A stretch of DNA of 64,000 nt from Alkalispirochaeta sp. (GTDB lineage Bacteria > Spirochaetota > Spirochaetia > DSM-27196 > Alkalispirochaetaceae): positions 384,001 through 448,000 of the forward strand of contig CBDESZ010000018.1 of NCBI GenBank assembly GCA_965242725.1. Reading direction: 5' to 3'. Positions 60,643 through 64,000 of the stretch are shown piece by piece. Position numbers and translations under genes: made by a program. The stretch's first letter is position 1. Every line of letters begins with the position of its first letter. Below the pieces are notes generated by a model. The model worked only from the letters and a program-made list of their open reading frames with translations, did not search any database and was not told where the DNA came from.

Positions 60643-63529
60643 TTATAACTTTCCCATCGCCCTGAGTATGCGTTCGGGGCTGAAGGGCCAATCTCTGATC
60701 CAGACGCCGACGGCGTCGTGAATAGCGTTTGCAATGGCGGGGGCGGCGCCGTTTACACTGATTTCCGATACCGATTTCGCCCCGAAAGGTCCGTAGGGAT
60801 CGTTGGTGTCAATCAGGATCGCTTCAAAGACCTCCGGGATGTCCCCTATCATGGGCACTCCGTAACTCCTCAGGTCGGGATTGACGCACCGTCCCTGCTC
60901 GTCGAATATCATCTCTTCATAGAGAGCGTGTCCCATCGACTTCAGCACCGCCCCGTATATCTGTCCCAGGGCGTACTCGGGATTGATCGGCGTTCCCGCA
61001 TCCTCTAGGGCGAAATACTTGTCCACCGTGACCTTCCCCGTCCGGGTATTGACCGAAACCTGAACAAAGTGCGCTCCATAGGGAAAGGAAAATTTGTCGG
61101 ATGTGAATGACGCGGACGCGATGAGCTGGCCCGAACCGTCACCACCCTGGGTATGCCATGCAAGCTTGCGATAGGTTACTTCCCCCTTTTTTCCGCGGGC
61201 AATACCAGGAGCGACCAGTTCAATGTCACCGGGCCCTTCATTCAGGATCTCCGCCGCGGCTCTCCGTATCTTTTCCGCCATTTTCAACGCCGCGTTTCTC
61301 GCAGCCCCGCCGGAGAAGTACGTTCCCGACGATGCGTAGGCCCCCGTGTCAAAGGGCGCACTGTCGGTGTCGCCCGATTGCACCGTCACCGTCTCCATAT
61401 CACATTTCAGAACCTCTGCCGTCATTTTCGCGCTCACAAGGTCCAACCCCGTTCCCAGATCGGCACCGCCGGACTGCACGAGAAACGAGCCGTCACCAAG
61501 CATTTTTACCGTAGCCGTGGCGTGGTCCAGACCAGGCAGGCCGGAGCCCTGCTGCACCGTGGCGACTCCTTTACCTATCCGAATGTAAGGTTTCTTTGCC
61601 GACTCCGCCGGAACAGCACCCTTGCCCCACTCGATCAATCTGGCGCCCTCCTCCAGGGCCGGTCCCAGGCCGCAGGTGACGGCGGGCGCGGCGGCGCCCT
61701 CCCGCCCTTCACCGAGAATTTTCAGGATCTCCAGCATTGTCCCTTCGGTTACACGGTTTTTCTCAATCAATTGGAGGTGGTCTATTCCCAGTTCCACCGC
61801 CAGTTCCTTCACGGCCATCTGGAGGGCGTAGTTCGCCTTTGGGGCGCCGTATCCCTGATACGCTCCCGTGGGAGGACGGTTTGAATAGTAGGCCACCACC
61901 TCAAATGCGGCGTTCTCGCACGGGAAGAGGGGAAGGCTCTTGGAGACACCGTTCATCGGAACGGTAAGCGCGTGCCCGCCGTAGGCGCCCTGATTGGACT
62001 CGACCTTCATGAATATCGTGGTGATCGTCCCATCACGCCGGGCGCCGATTCTGACGGTGATCCGCATCGGCTTGCGGGAGGAGTTGGCTATAAACTCTTC
62101 CTCCCGAGTGTACTGCTGAAAGACGGATCGCCCCGTCTGCCAGGCACAGAAGGCAACGAGATCCTCAATGGTGACATCCTGTTTGGAACCGTAGCCGCCA
62201 CCGACCCGCTCCTTGATGACACGAACACGGTTTTCCGGAATATCGAGAAGGGTGGCGACGATACGTCTCAGGTGATAGGGCACCTGTGTCGAGGCGTGGA
62301 GAATCAGACGGTCCCCTTCGACTTTTGCGTAACACGTGTGTTTTTTCAAGAGGGGTGCATTGGATCTGGGTTGTCCTGTACGTCCGCTCTATGACCACAT
62401 CGGCCTCGGCAAAGCCGCGATCGACGTCGCCGATTCCCCCCGATACCGAAGCGGCGATATTCCTGCGCGGATTGCCGCCGATGGGAAACTGGTAGACCAC
62501 CGGCTCTTCCCGGGGATCGGCCTCTTCGTTTAACGCCGTGAGATTATCAGGCGCTCCGTCGACATATTCAATGCGTCCACCGTGTATCCGCGGCGCATCC
62601 GGTGCCGCGGCGGCGTCCCAATCCAGGATGACCGGCAACAGCTCGTACCGGACATCGATCAGCTTCAGCGCCGCATCGGCGGCGGTTTCAGTCTCCGCAA
62701 CGACGGCGGCCACACGGTCCCCGACGTGGCGCACTTTCCGGGAGAGGAGCATGCGGTCATACGGTGACGGTTCGGGGAAGCCCTGCCCCGCCTGGCTGTA
62801 TACCCTCTGGGGTACGTCTTCGTGGGTGAATATCGCGACTACTCCGTCCACCTTACGCGCCCGGGTCGCATCGATGGACCGAATCCATGCGTGGGCGTGG
62901 GGACTGCGCAATACCTTGAGAACGCAACTGCCCTGCTCTACACGGTCTTCTACGTAGACCTTCTCGCCGGCAACCATTCGGATGGAGTCCTTTTTCGGGG
63001 ACGGCTTTCCCACAACCGTGTAGTCCGGCCCGAAGGATGGTATCGCCGAGTTTGCCCCGGCGGCCGGGTCTTTCAGACGCTCCGCGGCAAGGGCGACCGC
63101 ATCAAAGAACTGACGGTAGCCGGTGGCGCGGTTGAAGAGGGGCGAAAGAGCGTCTACCACGGCCGCGCGATCGGGGTTCGGGTTGCGGCGCAACAGATCG
63201 TGGATCATCAGCGCCGCGGCGGGAGCGTTGTATCCGGACTGGACACACCCCGCTTCAACAAGCGCCTGTTGAACGACGCCAAGATTGCGGCCCTCTCTGA
63301 GATACTCAACCGTCTTGACGTCCCGCCCTTCCAGCTGTGCCGCCAGTAGAAGGTTTGCCCCGACGATCCTGTCGTCAAGGAGAATCGTATCGGACCCGGC
63401 AAAACCGAATCCGTCGTCGGAATTGCGGACTGAAGGAATGCCGTTACGCTGCAGGAATGGTTGCGCCTTTTCACCGGCGTCGCCGTGGAAGGTCACCGGG
63501 CGTCCGTTGAGGATGAAGGATATCTTCAT
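60643..63529 (-). pseudogene. xdhD: XdhD/YgfN-like molybdopterin oxidoreductase, split by a +1 frameshift (probable sequence error)
   Basis: SVRNSDDGFGFAGSD N-terminus like E. coli XdhD, LRSPHAHA, GGGYGSKQ, YQGYGAP, GAYASS, GAKSVSE. Removing one base of T6 at 62341-46 joins the two ORFs. Confidence 0.88.
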
Positions 63530-63999
63530 GACAGCACCTCCTCGATACAGCGCTGAACGCAGTCGGCGACAACCACCGAGTTTACATACCGTTTGTACTC
63601 GACGCTTCCGAGAAAATCCCCTTCCGGTCGGATAGCCCCGGCAATGAGCTCCTCCACCCGTCTGATCGCCCCGGAACGGTCCCGGGCCTCAGGGTCAACG
63701 GTTTTCAGGTACTCCTCAACGGCCGGTAACCGGACCGGCCTGGGCGCGACGCATCCGAGGGCCACCCGTGCCGCAACGATTGTATTTCCTTCGTTCTCCA
63801 CTCTCACCGCGCCGCTCACCACCGGCAGGGCGATATGGGAACGGGATTCCTTGACCGCTCGACACACACCACGTACGGGAGGTACGACGACACGGAGAAT
63901 CAGCGCATCATGGTCACCGGAGACATATTCTTCCACGGGCATACTCCCCTCGGACGTCTCCGCAACGGCGTCCAGTGCGAGTAGAACGGGAATGATATA
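63526..63999 (-). CDS. YgfM-like FAD-binding subunit of the molybdo-oxidoreductase, 5'-truncated by window edge
   Basis: Open to the window end (YIIPVLLALDA...); ARVALGCVAPRP and DFLGSVEYKRY of the XdhB/CoxM C-terminus; overlaps the xdhD start. Confidence 0.75.
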   Translation of the reverse strand, partial: YIIPVLLALDAVAETSEGSMPVEEYVSGDHDALILRVVVPPVRGVCRAVKESRSHIALPVVSGAVRVENEGNTIVAARVALGCVAPRPVRLPAVEEYLKTVDPEARDRSGAIRRVEELIAGAIRPEGDFLGSVEYKRYVNSVVVADCVQRCIEEVLS

Positions 64000-64000
64000 G

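Noticed and set aside
62165..62349. Programmed ribosomal frameshift or genuine two-gene split of xdhD
   Set aside because: The junction falls mid-domain, the downstream ORF has no convincing RBS, and it shares the +1 homopolymer pattern of three other sites.

Overview
GC-rich bacterial chromosomal window, mostly housekeeping and metabolic genes. Gene content and protein style suggest a free-living spirochaete (Spirochaeta/Alkalispirochaeta-like); this is an inference. In order, the window holds: a biotin-type ECF module, trmL, proC, serS, an orphan NeuB-family synthase, acnA, and a ~1130-aa fusion of 2-oxoacid dehydrogenase E1alpha-E1beta, a lipoyl domain and FabH/KAS III. Next come msrB, a hybrid kinase/response regulator pair, a phosphohexomutase, a cluster-less MutY, trpS, an AI-2E transporter, and a complete pdhABC-lpd operon divergent from an nqrBCDEF-like operon that has no nqrA/rnfC. 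These are followed by a REC-PAS-GGDEF-EAL protein, aroK-aroC, envelope hypotheticals, an IS1-like insertion sequence with 24-bp inverted repeats, an ABC-F ATPase, argF, a DHH phosphoesterase, a sigma-like protein, rdgB, pepF, tRNA-Leu(GAG), TetR plus a GH13 enzyme, a PTS EIIA-diadenylate cyclase fusion, hisB, a PfkB kinase, metH, a GNAT, a 60-bp hairpin tandem array, and the end of a ygfM-xdhD-ygeW purine-catabolism cluster. The best candidates for under-described biology are the E1-lipoyl-FabH fusion (possible CoA-independent priming of fatty-acid synthesis), the NqrA-less Nqr/Rnf-like complex, a recurrent leaderless-promoter pattern, a candidate anti-SD-loop sRNA, and the EIIA-DAC fusion. 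Four +1 homopolymer frameshifts are probably sequencing errors. All calls come from reading motifs by eye; no database searches were run.
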